From assembly GCA_947258885.1 (NCBI GenBank), contig CAMYKD010000033.1:9947-73946 (forward strand): a stretch of 64,000 nt of DNA, in the 5' to 3' direction. Both the position numbers and the translations under genes were made by a program. Of the stretch, positions 27,113-37,398 are shown one piece after another. This DNA is from an uncultured Kiloniellales bacterium (GTDB taxonomy: Bacteria > Pseudomonadota > Alphaproteobacteria > Kiloniellales > JAKSDN01). The notes beneath the pieces were generated by a model that saw only the letters and a list, made by a program, of their open reading frames with translations, was not told the DNA's origin and made no database searches. How positions within the stretch are numbered: the first letter of the stretch is position 1; every line of letters starts with the position of its first letter.

Positions 27113-28120
27113 TTACTTGCGGTCGGTCTCGGCGGCCGGGGCGGCGGAGGCCAAGCCTCCAGGGACGTCCAGGGTCTCTTCCGTGGCCGGCCGCGGGCTG
27201 TGCTGGAGCAACCAGGCGAGGCCGCCCGCCGCGCCGAAGGCGAGCTGCAGCAGGCCGAAGAAGATCGAGACCAGGGCGGCGTCGCTGGTCGCGATGCCGA
27301 GCAGGCCGAGACCGACCACCATGCCACCCTCGCGGACCCCCCAGCCGGCGATCGAAACCGGCAGCGAGGCGGCCAGCAGGACCGCCGGCAGCACCGCCAG
27401 GGTGTCGAGCAGCGGGCTGGCGATGCCGATGGCGAGCGCGGTGAACCAGAGGGCCAGGCAGAGGAACAGATGGCCCAGCACCGACGCGCCGATCAGCTGG
27501 GCCAGAAGCGCCTTGTTGCGCCAGAGGGTCTCGACCTCAGCGGCTATGGTCTCCAGGTGGCGGCGCGGCGCCGCGAACGGCAGCCAGCCGGACAGGCGCA
27601 GCAGCAGGGGCGCGCCGGCGATGACCACGATGCCGCCAAGGGCGACCGTCATGGCGCTCCAAACCGGGACGCTCTCCGGGTGCCGCCAGACGAGGCCGAG
27701 CGCGCCGATCAGGGTCAGCAGCAGCAGGCCGAGCAGGCCGAGCAAGCGGTCGATGATGACCGAGCGCACCGCCGCGCCCAGGGGCCGGCCCCGCCGGCGC
27801 AGCAGCCACATGCGCATGCCGTCTCCGCCGACGGTCGACGGCAGGACCTGGTTGAAGAACAGGCTGATCACGACCACACCCACCAGCCGCCAGGGCGCCA
27901 CGGCATGGTCGATCGCGCCCAGGATCTTCTCCCAGCGCCAAGTGACAATGACGACGCTCTGCAGCCCGATCATGCCTGCGGCGGCCATCAGCGGCCAAAG
28001 CGACAGCTCGGCCAGCCGCGCCGTCACCTGCGCCAGCGCCACCTCACGCAGCACGAAGTACAGCAGCAGTCCGGTGACCGCGACCTTGGCGCTTACGACC
28101 AGGGGTGTCTTGGACATCAA
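27113..28120 (-). CDS. flippase-like membrane protein (lysylphosphatidylglycerol-synthase TM-region / UPF0104 family)
   Basis: 8 TM helices; FFNQVLPSTVGGDGMR and PVSIAGWGVREG motifs. Confidence 0.7.
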   Translation of the reverse strand: MMSKTPLVVSAKVAVTGLLLYFVLREVALAQVTARLAELSLWPLMAAAGMIGLQSVVIVTWRWEKILGAIDHAVAPWRLVGVVVISLFFNQVLPSTVGGDGMRMWLLRRRGRPLGAAVRSVIIDRLLGLLGLLLLTLIGALGLVWRHPESVPVWSAMTVALGGIVVIAGAPLLLRLSGWLPFAAPRRHLETIAAEVETLWRNKALLAQLIGASVLGHLFLCLALWFTALAIGIASPLLDTLAVLPAVLLAASLPVSIAGWGVREGGMVVGLGLLGIATSDAALVSIFFGLLQLAFGAAGGLAWLLQHSPRPATEETLDVPGGLASAAPAAETDRK

Positions 28121-28171
28121 ATCGGGTCCGTTGTGTCGGCGTTCCGCAGCATTAGCGCGCCTGCTCTAATA

Positions 28172-29497
28172 TCAGATTAATGGCGGGTCTACCCGTTCGA
28201 ATTTCACCTCGGCCCGGTCGAGCCAAGGCGCAAGCGCTTCCAGCACGTCCTCCAGGACGTCCGATCGTGCCGTGGCGTAGGCTTCGGCTGCCCGTCCCAT
28301 GGACGCCCGGGCCCCAGCGTCGGCCAGCAGCCGGCCGACCTCCGCGGCCAGCTCCTCGTCGTCCCGGACCTGTCCGAGGGCGCCGACTGCCTTCATCTCC
28401 TCGGCGATCTGCGCGAAGTTGCTGGTGTCCGGCCCCGACAGGATCGCCGCGCCCAGCCTGGCGGGCTCGATCAGGTTCTGCCCACCCTTGGCCGACAGCG
28501 AACCACCAACGAAGACGACCTCGGCCAGGCGGTACCAGAGGCCCAGCTCGCCCATGGTGTCGGCGAGGTAGATCCCGGTCTCGGGGCCGATCCTCCCGCC
28601 GCGGCTGCGCAGCTCTGCGCGGAGCCCCGAGGCGGCCAGGGCCTCGGCGATCTGCGGCGCCCGTTCGGGGTGTCGCGGCACGATCACCGTGACCAGGCCC
28701 GGCGTTTCGGTCGCCAGCGCCCCGTGCACCCGGGCCGCGACCTCCTCCTCGCCCGGATGGGTCGAGGCGGCCAGCCAGCAGGGCCGCCCGGCCAAGTCCC
28801 GGGTGAGTGCGGCCAGCTCGTCCATTTCGGCGGCCGGGTCGGCGGCCGCGAATTTCAGATTGCCGAGACAGTGCGGCACGGCGGCGCCCAGCGCCTGCAA
28901 GCGTTCGCGGTCCCGGGGCGATTGGGCGAGGACCAGCGAAAAGCCGCCGAGCAGGCGCCGGATCAGGGGCCGGAATCGGCCCCAGGCGCGATAGGAGCTC
29001 GCCGACATGCGGCCGTTCACCAGGACCAGCTCGACCCCGCGCCGGGCCGCCGCGCGCAGCAGGTTGGGCCAAAGCTCCGATTCGAGGATCAGGGCGAGAT
29101 CCGGCCTCCAGTGCGCGAGAAACCCATCGACCGCTGCGGGAAGGTCGACCGGGGCGTATTGATGGATCACGCCCTCGGGCAGCCGCGCGGCCATGAGGCC
29201 GGCCGAGGTGACCGTCCCCGTGGTCAGCAGCAGGGTGAGGCCCGGCCGCTCGGCGCGCAGGCGTTCGATCAGCGCCAGGCAGGACAGCGCTTCGCCCACG
29301 CTGGCCGCATGCAGCCAGACGAGCGATCCGGCGGGCCGCGCGCGGTCCGTGCGGCCGAGCCGCTCGGCGAGACGCTCCGGATCCTCCCGTCCGCGCCGCG
29401 CGCGCCGGCGCAGGTGGGCCCGCACCAGGGGCGCGCCCGCCCGGCCGGCCAGGCGGTAAAGACCCAATGCACAGTCAGCGATGACGTTCTGCAACAT
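28172..29497 (-). CDS. waaA: 3-deoxy-D-manno-octulosonic acid (Kdo) transferase
   Basis: LVWLHAASVGE, ESELWPN, FVGGSL...GGQNLIEPA. Confidence 0.85.
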   Translation of the reverse strand: MLQNVIADCALGLYRLAGRAGAPLVRAHLRRRARRGREDPERLAERLGRTDRARPAGSLVWLHAASVGEALSCLALIERLRAERPGLTLLLTTGTVTSAGLMAARLPEGVIHQYAPVDLPAAVDGFLAHWRPDLALILESELWPNLLRAAARRGVELVLVNGRMSASSYRAWGRFRPLIRRLLGGFSLVLAQSPRDRERLQALGAAVPHCLGNLKFAAADPAAEMDELAALTRDLAGRPCWLAASTHPGEEEVAARVHGALATETPGLVTVIVPRHPERAPQIAEALAASGLRAELRSRGGRIGPETGIYLADTMGELGLWYRLAEVVFVGGSLSAKGGQNLIEPARLGAAILSGPDTSNFAQIAEEMKAVGALGQVRDDEELAAEVGRLLADAGARASMGRAAEAYATARSDVLEDVLEALAPWLDRAEVKFERVDPPLI

Positions 29498-29706
29498 GCC
29501 TCGCGCTTCCGGCGGACCGTCAGTCCCGTGCCGCCCGGCGTCCGGGCTGCGGTCCGCAAGGTGGTGCCTATGTAGCCGTGCCTCGGCCCCGAGTCGATGG
29601 TATCGCCGGCCACCGGTGCATCAACCATCTCGACAATGGCCGGCGGGTGACGTTGTGGGCGGGAATTGATTTTATCTCGGGGGATGCAGGCCGGCGCTCG
29701 CTCGCG

Positions 29707-29736
29707 TTGACAATCGCACCGCGTGCTGGCTTCAAT
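29707..29736 (+). promoter_or_regulatory. sigma-70-type promoter candidate for the pot operon
   Basis: TTGACA (29707-29712), 18-nt spacer, TTCAAT (29731-29736). Confidence 0.3.
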
Positions 29737-29820
29737 GCTTTGGAATGAACGAAAAACGGTCCGGGAAGGCCCGAGTAATTCTTCTCAGGCCGGAATTGAA
29801 CGGGACAGAGGAGAGAGCAA

Positions 29821-30891
29821 ATGCACAAGAGTCTGGGGAGGCGCATTTCGCGCCGCGGCTTCCTTGCCGGGACCGGCGCTGCCGCCGTCGGGGTAACCTT
29901 CGCGCCCAAGGTCGGTTGGGGCGTCGAGGAACCGAAGCTGAACTTCTACAACTGGGACACCTACATCGGCGAGACGACGCTCGGCGACTTCAGTAAAGCC
30001 GCCGGGATCGAAGTCAAGATGGACCTCTACGCCGACAACGACGAGCTCTTCGCCAAGCTCAAGGAGGGCAACCCCGGTTACGACGTGATCGTGCCGACCA
30101 ACGACTACGTCGAGCGCATGCGGACGGCCAAGATGTTGCTGCCGATCAACCGCGCCTTGATCACGAACTTCAAGAACATCGATTCCGCCTTCCAGGATGC
30201 CGAGTTCGATCCGGGCCGCAAGCATTCCATGCCCTACATGTGGGGCACGCAGGGCATCGGCTATCGGAAGTCGGCGGTGAGCTCGACGCCCGACAGCTGG
30301 AAGGTTCTGCTCGACTCGGACGAGTACTCCGGGCGCATCGCGCTGCTGAGCGAAGGCATCATCGAGGCAGCACTCAAGTACCTCGGCTATTCATACAATT
30401 CGACCGATCGGGCCGAGATCAAGCAGGCCGAGGACCTGCTGATCAGGCAGAAGCCTCACATCAAGGTCTTCGCCGAGGACAACGGCCAGGACCTCCTGCT
30501 GTCAGGCGAGGTCGACTTGGCCATGGAGTGGAACGGCGACATCCTCCAGGTCATGGAGGAGGACGACGACATCTCCTACGTCGTGCCCAAGGAAGGCAGC
30601 AACGTGTGGCAGGACTGCCTGTGCATACCGACCGGCGCGCCGCATCCGGAGAACGCCCACAAGTTCATCAATTTCATCTTGGATGCCAAGGCGGGCGCCG
30701 CGATCGCCGACTTCATCTACTACGCCACGCCGAACAATGCGGCCCGGGCGCTGCTCGGGGACGACTACAACAAGAATCCGGCAATCTTCCCGACCGCCGA
30801 AACCCTGGCGCGTTGCGAGCCCAGCCTCTATCTCGGTGAGGAGGTCGAGCGAATTCGCGAGGAGTCTCTGACGAGAATCTTTGCCGCCTGA
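29821..30891 (+). CDS. potD: polyamine (spermidine/putrescine) ABC transporter periplasmic binding protein with a Tat-type signal
   Basis: RRISRRGFLAGTGAAAV twin-arginine signal; LNFYNWDTYIG, PYMWGTQGIGY, YATPN. Confidence 0.8.
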   Translation: MHKSLGRRISRRGFLAGTGAAAVGVTFAPKVGWGVEEPKLNFYNWDTYIGETTLGDFSKAAGIEVKMDLYADNDELFAKLKEGNPGYDVIVPTNDYVERMRTAKMLLPINRALITNFKNIDSAFQDAEFDPGRKHSMPYMWGTQGIGYRKSAVSSTPDSWKVLLDSDEYSGRIALLSEGIIEAALKYLGYSYNSTDRAEIKQAEDLLIRQKPHIKVFAEDNGQDLLLSGEVDLAMEWNGDILQVMEEDDDISYVVPKEGSNVWQDCLCIPTGAPHPENAHKFINFILDAKAGAAIADFIYYATPNNAARALLGDDYNKNPAIFPTAETLARCEPSLYLGEEVERIREESLTRIFAA

Positions 30892-30986
30892 TCGCAGTGA
30901 CTTCGAAGGGCGGCCCGCGATACGTGGGGGCCGTCCTTTTTCTGCGGTGCACCTGAGCATGTCCTTCGCCCCCGCGGAACCCGCCC

Positions 30987-31904
30987 ATGGAAAGCTGGCG
31001 TAAGAACCCGGTCGTCTTCTGGCTGCTGAACTTGGGGCCGGCCTTCTGGCTGTTCGTCTTCTTCATCGTGCCGCTGACGATCGTCTGGGTGGTCTCGTTC
31101 GGCGAGAAGCGGGGCATCGTCGACATCGAGATCACCTGGACCCTTGCCAACTATGTCCGCGCCGTCGAGCCGCTCTATCTCGAGATCTTCTGGAAATCCA
31201 TCGTCATGGCGGGAATCGCGACTCTGGCCTGCCTGATCGTGGGCTATCCCGTGGCCTTCGCGATCGCCTTTGCGCCGGAGCGCCTGAAGGCGATCCTACT
31301 GATCGCCGTCGTGCTGCCGTTCTGGATCAACGCGCTGATCCGTACCTATGCGCTGATCGCGGTGTTCCGCTCGCGCGGCTCCATCAACTTTGGCCTCGAG
31401 TGGCTGTGGGAGCAGGCCAACGGGCTGCTCGGCCTGATCGGGCTCGGCGAGCTGGCGCTGCTGGGCGAGAAATTCGCGCCGCTGCCGCTGCTGTACAACA
31501 ACACCGCGGTGACGCTCGGCATCGTCTATGCGTTCTTCCCCTTCATGGTGCTGCCGCTCTACGCCAACATCGAGAAGATCGACCGCTCGTACATCGAGGC
31601 GAGCCTGGATCTGGGCGCCGGGCAATGGCGGACCTTCTTCTCGGTCATCTTCCCGCTCACCTGGCACGGCGTCATGTCGGGCGTGATCATCGTCTTCGTT
31701 CCCGCCCTCGGCGCGTTCTTCATTCCCGACCTGTTGGGCGGGACCGACAGCCAGCTGATCGGCAACGTCATAGAGCGCCAGTTCAAGTCGGCCAACGACT
31801 GGCCGTTCGGCGGGGCGCTGTCGTTCCTGCTCATGTACCTGACCTTCGGCGCCCTGGCGCTGCGTGCTGCCGTGTCGGGCCGCAAGCAGGGGCTCGAGGC
31901 ATGA
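30987..31904 (+). CDS. potB: polyamine ABC transporter permease
   Basis: 6 TM helices; EAS.DLGA..W..F permease signature (EASLDLGAGQWRTFFSVIFP). Confidence 0.85.
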   Translation: MESWRKNPVVFWLLNLGPAFWLFVFFIVPLTIVWVVSFGEKRGIVDIEITWTLANYVRAVEPLYLEIFWKSIVMAGIATLACLIVGYPVAFAIAFAPERLKAILLIAVVLPFWINALIRTYALIAVFRSRGSINFGLEWLWEQANGLLGLIGLGELALLGEKFAPLPLLYNNTAVTLGIVYAFFPFMVLPLYANIEKIDRSYIEASLDLGAGQWRTFFSVIFPLTWHGVMSGVIIVFVPALGAFFIPDLLGGTDSQLIGNVIERQFKSANDWPFGGALSFLLMYLTFGALALRAAVSGRKQGLEA

Positions 31905-32794
31905 GCGCGGGGCAGGGCGCCGGGCCGGCCGGCGGCGGCAAATGGACTGTGTTGCGCCGCCGCGAGGCCGTCGGGCCGCTCGAATACACGCGCCGCTGGT
32001 GGATGCGCCTGACGGTCGGCGCGACCTTCCTCATGCTCTACGCGCCGATCATTCTGCTGGTCGTCTACAGCTTCAACGACAGCCGGCGCAACATCGTCTG
32101 GCGCGGCTTCACCTTCAAGTACTACGAGAAGGCCTGGAACAACGAGAGCCTGATCGAGGCCTTCGTGAACAGCCTCGCCATCGCGGTAGTCAATACCTTG
32201 GTCGCCACCATCCTCGGCGTGCTCGTCGCCATCGCCCTATGGCGCTTCCGCTTTCCCGGCAAGGCCGCCTACGAGGGCTTCATGATGCTGCCCATCGTGA
32301 TCCCGGAGATCTGCATGGGCGTGGCCATGATGGCGTTCTTCGCGCGCGTCGGCTGGCCGACGGGCCTGCCGTGGCCGCTGACGCTCTCGAACATCATGAT
32401 CGCGCACATCGCCTTTTCCTTTCCCTTTGTCGCCGTGACCGTGCGCGGCCGCCTGGTCGGGTTTAACCGCGAACTCGAGGACGCGTCGAAGGACCTGGGC
32501 GCCAGCGAATGGCAGACCATGCGCTACATCGTCCTTCCCTATCTACGGCCGGGCATCATCGCCGGCGCCCTGATCGCCTTCACTCTGTCGCTGGACGATT
32601 TCGTAATAACCTTCTTCACCGCCGGGCCGAACAGCGTCACCCTGCCGGTGAAGATCTTTTCCATGGTGCGGTTCTCGGTGACCCCGGAAGTCAACGCCGC
32701 CTCGACCGTGCTGATCGTGATCACCGTGATTGCCACAGTGCTGGCCATGCGGTTCCAGTCGCCGTCCCGCCGCGCCGGCGGAGAGGAAGGCTAG
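31901..32794 (+). CDS. potC: polyamine ABC transporter permease
   Basis: ATGA overlap with potB; EDASKDLGASEWQTMRYIVLP permease signature. Confidence 0.85.
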   Translation: MSAGQGAGPAGGGKWTVLRRREAVGPLEYTRRWWMRLTVGATFLMLYAPIILLVVYSFNDSRRNIVWRGFTFKYYEKAWNNESLIEAFVNSLAIAVVNTLVATILGVLVAIALWRFRFPGKAAYEGFMMLPIVIPEICMGVAMMAFFARVGWPTGLPWPLTLSNIMIAHIAFSFPFVAVTVRGRLVGFNRELEDASKDLGASEWQTMRYIVLPYLRPGIIAGALIAFTLSLDDFVITFFTAGPNSVTLPVKIFSMVRFSVTPEVNAASTVLIVITVIATVLAMRFQSPSRRAGGEEG

Positions 32795-32799
32795 AAGAG

Positions 32800-33891
32800 A
32801 TGGCCGAAGGCCTGCCAATCATACGCATCAAGGAGGTCACCAAGCGCTTCGGCCAGACGGTGACGGCCGTGGACGACGTCTCGCTCGACATACGCGAGGG
32901 CGAGTTCTTCGCCCTGCTCGGGCCCTCGGGCTGCGGCAAGACCACGCTGCTGCGCATGATCGCCGGCTTCGAGACCCCGAGCGAAGGGCAGATCCTGATC
33001 GACGGCCAGGATATGTCCAAGGTGCCGCCCAACCGCCGGCCGATCAACATGGTCTTCCAGTCCTACGCCGTCTTCCCGCACATGACCGTGGCTGACAACG
33101 TGGGCTACGGCTTGAAGGTGACCAACGTGCCGAAAGCCGAGATCCGCGAGCGCGCGGAAGAGGCCCTCGAGCTGGTCAAGCTGGGCGGCCTCGGCGGGCG
33201 CAAGCCGGACCAGCTCTCCGGCGGCCAGCGCCAGCGCGTGGCCCTGGCCCGCGCGCTGGTCAAGCGGCCCAAGGTGCTGCTGCTCGACGAGCCGCTGTCG
33301 GCGCTGGACGCAAAGCTGCGCGAGGCCATGCAGCTCGAGCTCGTGCGCCTGCAGCACGCCGTCGGCATCACCTTCGTGATCGTGACCCACGACCAGAACG
33401 AGGCGCTCTCCATGGCCAACCGGATCGCTGTGATGGAGCACGGCAAGGTCCGTCAGCTGGCCCCGCCGTCGGAGCTCTACGAGTTCCCGAACTGCCGTTT
33501 CGTCGCCGATTTCATCGGCAAGATGAACCTTTTCGAGGGCCGCGTGGCCGGCGTCAGCGGCGAGGAGGTGCTGGTCGAGGTCCAGGGCCTGGGCCGCTTT
33601 TCCCTGCCGGGCGAGGGCGAGGCCAGCGGCGAGGTGGGCATCGCCGTGCGGCCGGAAAAGGTACGCCTGCGCCGCGAAAAGCCCGACGAGGACATGGTGG
33701 CGGTTCACGGCAAGGTCAGCGAGGTGGCCTATTACGGCGGCAGCTCCTTCGTGTACGTCACCGACGACACCGGGCGAACGATCTCCGTCAACCAGCAGAA
33801 CGAGGCGCGTACGGCCGAACCGGGCGTAACGATCGGCGACGAGCTGTGGTGTGCGTGGAAACCACGCGACAGTCTCCTATTAAGAGCTTGA
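32800..33891 (+). CDS. potA: polyamine ABC transporter ATPase
   Basis: Walker A GPSGCGKTT, signature LSGGQRQR, Walker B LLLDEPLS, and a C-terminal TOBE-like domain. Confidence 0.9.
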   Translation: MAEGLPIIRIKEVTKRFGQTVTAVDDVSLDIREGEFFALLGPSGCGKTTLLRMIAGFETPSEGQILIDGQDMSKVPPNRRPINMVFQSYAVFPHMTVADNVGYGLKVTNVPKAEIRERAEEALELVKLGGLGGRKPDQLSGGQRQRVALARALVKRPKVLLLDEPLSALDAKLREAMQLELVRLQHAVGITFVIVTHDQNEALSMANRIAVMEHGKVRQLAPPSELYEFPNCRFVADFIGKMNLFEGRVAGVSGEEVLVEVQGLGRFSLPGEGEASGEVGIAVRPEKVRLRREKPDEDMVAVHGKVSEVAYYGGSSFVYVTDDTGRTISVNQQNEARTAEPGVTIGDELWCAWKPRDSLLLRA

Positions 33892-34015
33892 ATCGAACGG
33901 CCAGACCGGCCACAAATTTATCACGAGCCCGATCCGGTGATTTGCGGCTATGCCTGTACCTCCATGCGGTCGGATGTCTTGAGCCGCTCGCCCTCGCCGC
34001 AGGCCGCGATCGACG

Positions 34016-34031
34016 TTAACATAACGTTAAT
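34016..34031 (+). promoter_or_regulatory. TTAA-N7-TTAAT (CtrA-box-like) upstream of the lipoprotein / two-component operon
   Basis: TTAA-cataacg-TTAAT, 36 nt upstream of ATG 34067. Confidence 0.3.
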
Positions 34032-34066
34032 CCGTTCGGCGGGACCATGTGGCGAGAGCAGCGAAG

Positions 34067-34567
34067 ATGAAAAATCGGAACCGAAGAATGGTCCGCCCGC
34101 TTGGAATTTTGGGACTGGGGCTCCTGGTCCTGCAGGGGTGTGCCGAGTTGAGCGACTGGGCGGCCGCCTTGGGAGGGCCCGCACCGCCCGTCCCGGCCCG
34201 CAAGCCGGAGGTCGCGGAGCCCGCGGCCAAAAGCGAAGCGGCTGCCAAGGAGCGGCAGGCCGCGGCGACACCAGCGACCGAGGGCGAAAAGAAGCAGCCG
34301 GCGGTCGGGGATCTGGTGGGGCTCGATTTCGCCGCGGTGCGTTTGATGCTGGGCGCGCCGGCGCTGGAAGAAATTCAGCCGCCGGCAACGGTTTGGGCCT
34401 ATAATGGCAGTGGTTGCGTGCTGAGTGTTTTTTTCTATCCGCACGTCGACGGCGGGAATTTTCGGGCCCTGACCTACGACGTGAAAGGGGCAGAGCAGAC
34501 GTCGGACCTGTCCCAGCGCTGTTTCGCCGAGTTGCTGTACGACGAGAGTAAAGCGGGAACCAATTAA
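34067..34567 (+). CDS. lipoprotein, unknown function
   Basis: MKNRNRRMVRPLGILGLGLLVLQGC lipobox, then an Ala/Pro/Glu-rich linker and a small C-terminal domain with 2 Cys. Confidence 0.5.
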   Translation: MKNRNRRMVRPLGILGLGLLVLQGCAELSDWAAALGGPAPPVPARKPEVAEPAAKSEAAAKERQAAATPATEGEKKQPAVGDLVGLDFAAVRLMLGAPALEEIQPPATVWAYNGSGCVLSVFFYPHVDGGNFRALTYDVKGAEQTSDLSQRCFAELLYDESKAGTN

Positions 34568-34570
34568 GTC

Positions 34571-35353
34571 ATGTCGCTTCACCCAACCGTTCTCGATACC
34601 GACTACAAGCGCGTTGCCATTGTCGATGACGACGATTTGTTTCGGGAATCCTTGGGTCTCAACCTGGCCGAGGAAGGCTTTGAAGTCGTCGACTTCCCGG
34701 ACGGCGAGTCGGCGCTCGAGTACTTCCAGTCCGGCGAGACGGCCGATGCGGTGCTGCTCGACTGGCGGATGCCAGGGATCGACGGCCTCGGCGTGCTCCA
34801 GGCGCTGCGCGAGGCGCGGATCGAAACGCCCGTCGTCTTCCTGACCATGCTCGGCGAGGAGATCTACGAGGAGGCGGCGCTCAAATGGGGCGCGGTGGAT
34901 TTCATCGACAAGTCGCGGCGCCTGTCGATCATCCTGAAGCGCCTCAAGCTGATCACCGACGGGCCCAAGGTCCAGGGCGGTGGAGAACTCGAAGGATCGG
35001 ACTCGCCGGTCCTGCGCAATGGCCCGCTCGAGCTGCGCATCGACATAAAGCGCGCCTTCTGGGACGGCCAGCAGGTCGATCTCACGCTGACCGAATTCGC
35101 CATCGTCCATTATATGATTTTGCGACCGGGCGCCGATGTCACCTACCGGCAGATCTACGATCTCGTGCGCGGCAAGGACTTCGTTGCCGGCTATGGGCCC
35201 GACGGCTTCCGCTCGAACGTGCGCTCCTTCATCAAGCGCATCCGCAAGAAGTTCCGCGATGTCGACCCGAATTTCGACCACGTCGAAAACTACCCCGGCT
35301 TCGGCTATCGCTGGCGCGACGAGGGCGGGGGCGAAAGCGGGGGCTGGGCGTGA
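34571..35353 (+). CDS. OmpR-family response regulator
   Basis: VAIVDDDD, LLDWRMPGIDG, VFLT, DFIDK, and a winged-helix output domain (LTLTEFAIVHYM...GFGYRW). Confidence 0.85.
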   Translation: MSLHPTVLDTDYKRVAIVDDDDLFRESLGLNLAEEGFEVVDFPDGESALEYFQSGETADAVLLDWRMPGIDGLGVLQALREARIETPVVFLTMLGEEIYEEAALKWGAVDFIDKSRRLSIILKRLKLITDGPKVQGGGELEGSDSPVLRNGPLELRIDIKRAFWDGQQVDLTLTEFAIVHYMILRPGADVTYRQIYDLVRGKDFVAGYGPDGFRSNVRSFIKRIRKKFRDVDPNFDHVENYPGFGYRWRDEGGGESGGWA

Positions 35354-36930
35354 CCGCTCAGGACTACCCCCCGGCGTTGTCCGGCCTGCCCCGAAAGCAA
35401 ACCAGGGGTCTCTATCGGCCGCTGCGCTCGCTGATCAGCAAGATCCTGCTGCTACTCGTGGTTTTCATCGCCGTCCCGGTCTTCCTGTACAACGAGTTCC
35501 GCGAGGCCGACCTGGCACAGCAAAGCCTCCTGTTGAAGAGCGTCCGCGAGCAGGGCCGTCTGATGGCCGAGAGCCTGCGCCCGTTGCTGGAGCAAGAGGG
35601 CGCCTCGCCGCTGCTCGCTTTGCCCAAGGAGGTCAAGCGCCTGGCTACGCCCAGCACCGAGGTCAAGGTGCTGTATCGGCCCACGGACCAGAGCGGCGCC
35701 GAGGGTTTCTTCTTCATCGCCGCCGAGCCGGCGGTGCCGCCGGCCTTTCTCGAACGCGAGCGCGAGGCCCTGATCGAGCGCGGCGTGCTCGGGAACCTGG
35801 TGAGCACCTGCGCGGCCGAGCCGATCGCGCTGCGCCATGTCAATGCCGGCGGCGCGGAGGAGCTGCTCACCTCGATCACGCCGATTTCCACCGACAGCGG
35901 CTGCTGGATGGTGATCACCGCCCACAGCAGCGGCGCCTTCCTCGGTACCTCGATCGGTCAGCCCTACTGGAAAACGCTCGAGATACGCCTCGCGGCCATC
36001 ATCTACCTGGGCATGGCGGCCCTCACCATAGGCGTGTTCGTCAGCATATGGCGCAGCCTCACGCGGTTCCGGAACCTGGCCCGCGACATCCGCAAGGGCA
36101 TCGCGCCGCATACCAAGTTCGAGCAGCAGAACCTCGTGCCGGAACTGGCGCCGGTGGCCCAGGAATTCGACCGAATGACCATGGCGATGCGCGGTTCGGC
36201 CGAGGGGATGCGGCGTGCCGCGGAGGACAACGCTCACGCCTTCAAGACGCCGATCGCCATCATACGCCAGTCGCTGGAACCGCTGCGCCGTATCGTGCCG
36301 TCGGAGAGCGGCCGCGGCCTACGTGCACTCGACGTGCTCGAGGAATCGGTCGATCGCCTTGATCGTCTCGTGACGAGCGCCCGCCACCTGGACGAGGTCG
36401 CCGCCGAGTTGATCGATCGGCCGCGGCACAATGTCGATCTGTCGCGCCTGGTCGGTCGCATGCTGGATGCCTATGCCGACAGCTTCGCGGGCCGGCAGGT
36501 GCGGCTCGACGCCAGGCTTCAAACCAACGTCGTCGTCAGTGCCGACGAGGAATTGCTGGAGGTGGTGTTCGAAAACGTGATCGACAACGCCTTGAGCGTC
36601 TCGCCGCCCTATGGCGCGGTCAATATCGAACTCACCGCCCGCCACAAGCGCGCGGAACTCGCCGTGCGCGACCAGGGTCCCGGCGTGCCGGCGCCCCACC
36701 TGAACAGGATCTTCGAGCGCTACGTGTCGTTGCGCGGCGCCTTCGATTCACCACTTGTCGTCGGGGGGCAACAGGGCGCCGTGGAGCCGGCCAACGAGGC
36801 GAGCGAGCACCTCGGTATCGGCCTGTGGATCGTGCGCCGCAACCTGGAGGCCGTGGGCGGTTCGGTCTGGGCCGAGAACCGGCAGCAGGGCGGGCTGTCC
36901 CTGGTCATGGACCTGCCGCTGGCCGCCTGA
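35350..36930 (+). CDS. sensor histidine kinase (2 TM, HAMP, HisKA, HATPase_c)
   Basis: GTGA overlap with the regulator gene. H-box NAHAFKTPIAIIRQSLE, N-box FENVIDNALS, G-boxes DQGPGV and GIGLWIV. Confidence 0.8.
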   Translation: MTAQDYPPALSGLPRKQTRGLYRPLRSLISKILLLLVVFIAVPVFLYNEFREADLAQQSLLLKSVREQGRLMAESLRPLLEQEGASPLLALPKEVKRLATPSTEVKVLYRPTDQSGAEGFFFIAAEPAVPPAFLEREREALIERGVLGNLVSTCAAEPIALRHVNAGGAEELLTSITPISTDSGCWMVITAHSSGAFLGTSIGQPYWKTLEIRLAAIIYLGMAALTIGVFVSIWRSLTRFRNLARDIRKGIAPHTKFEQQNLVPELAPVAQEFDRMTMAMRGSAEGMRRAAEDNAHAFKTPIAIIRQSLEPLRRIVPSESGRGLRALDVLEESVDRLDRLVTSARHLDEVAAELIDRPRHNVDLSRLVGRMLDAYADSFAGRQVRLDARLQTNVVVSADEELLEVVFENVIDNALSVSPPYGAVNIELTARHKRAELAVRDQGPGVPAPHLNRIFERYVSLRGAFDSPLVVGGQQGAVEPANEASEHLGIGLWIVRRNLEAVGGSVWAENRQQGGLSLVMDLPLAA

Positions 36931-37152
36931 CGACGGGAGGCCGCTGGCGGGAGCGGTCACAACTTTGACGCAACACGCCGCCGCCCCTTCGAGCTAATCT
37001 CTGCACACATCTCCGGTGGGGGGGTGCCAAGTCGGCGTCCTTGCCATCAGCGCGGCGGTAACCTATCGGGGGACCGTTTCGATGTTGGCCAGGGTGAACG
37101 GGGTTCAAGCGTAGCGAACTCTCCGGATTGGTGCCTTCCCGACCTCCCTACG

Positions 37153-37193
37153 GATCGACCGGACCTCCCCCAGGTCCGGTCGATCATTTTTTT
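37153..37193 (+). terminator. canonical Rho-independent terminator
   Basis: Perfect 14-bp stem GATCGACCGGACCT / AGGTCCGGTCGATC, loop CCCCC, followed by A + TTTTTTT. Confidence 0.75.
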
Positions 37194-37398
37194 GGTCAAC
37201 CCACCACCCCTTGGAAGCCACCGAACGTTCCAGCCGCGGATAGAGCAGGCCGCGGCTCGCGGCCCGTGCGGATATATCAACAGCCCTGTCATGCCGAAAA
37301 AGCAAGGCGAAGGCCATGCGACAAGCCGGCCGGTTTCGGGTAACATGCGGCGGGGCCGCTGGGGGTAAGGGGGCTCCGGTGAGACGAGGGGAGGGCGC

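Noticed and set aside
29498-29820. Possible riboswitch or leader upstream of the polyamine transporter
   Set aside because: No conserved riboswitch core that I can recognise. Only a promoter-like TTGACA-N18-TTCAAT and small hairpins.
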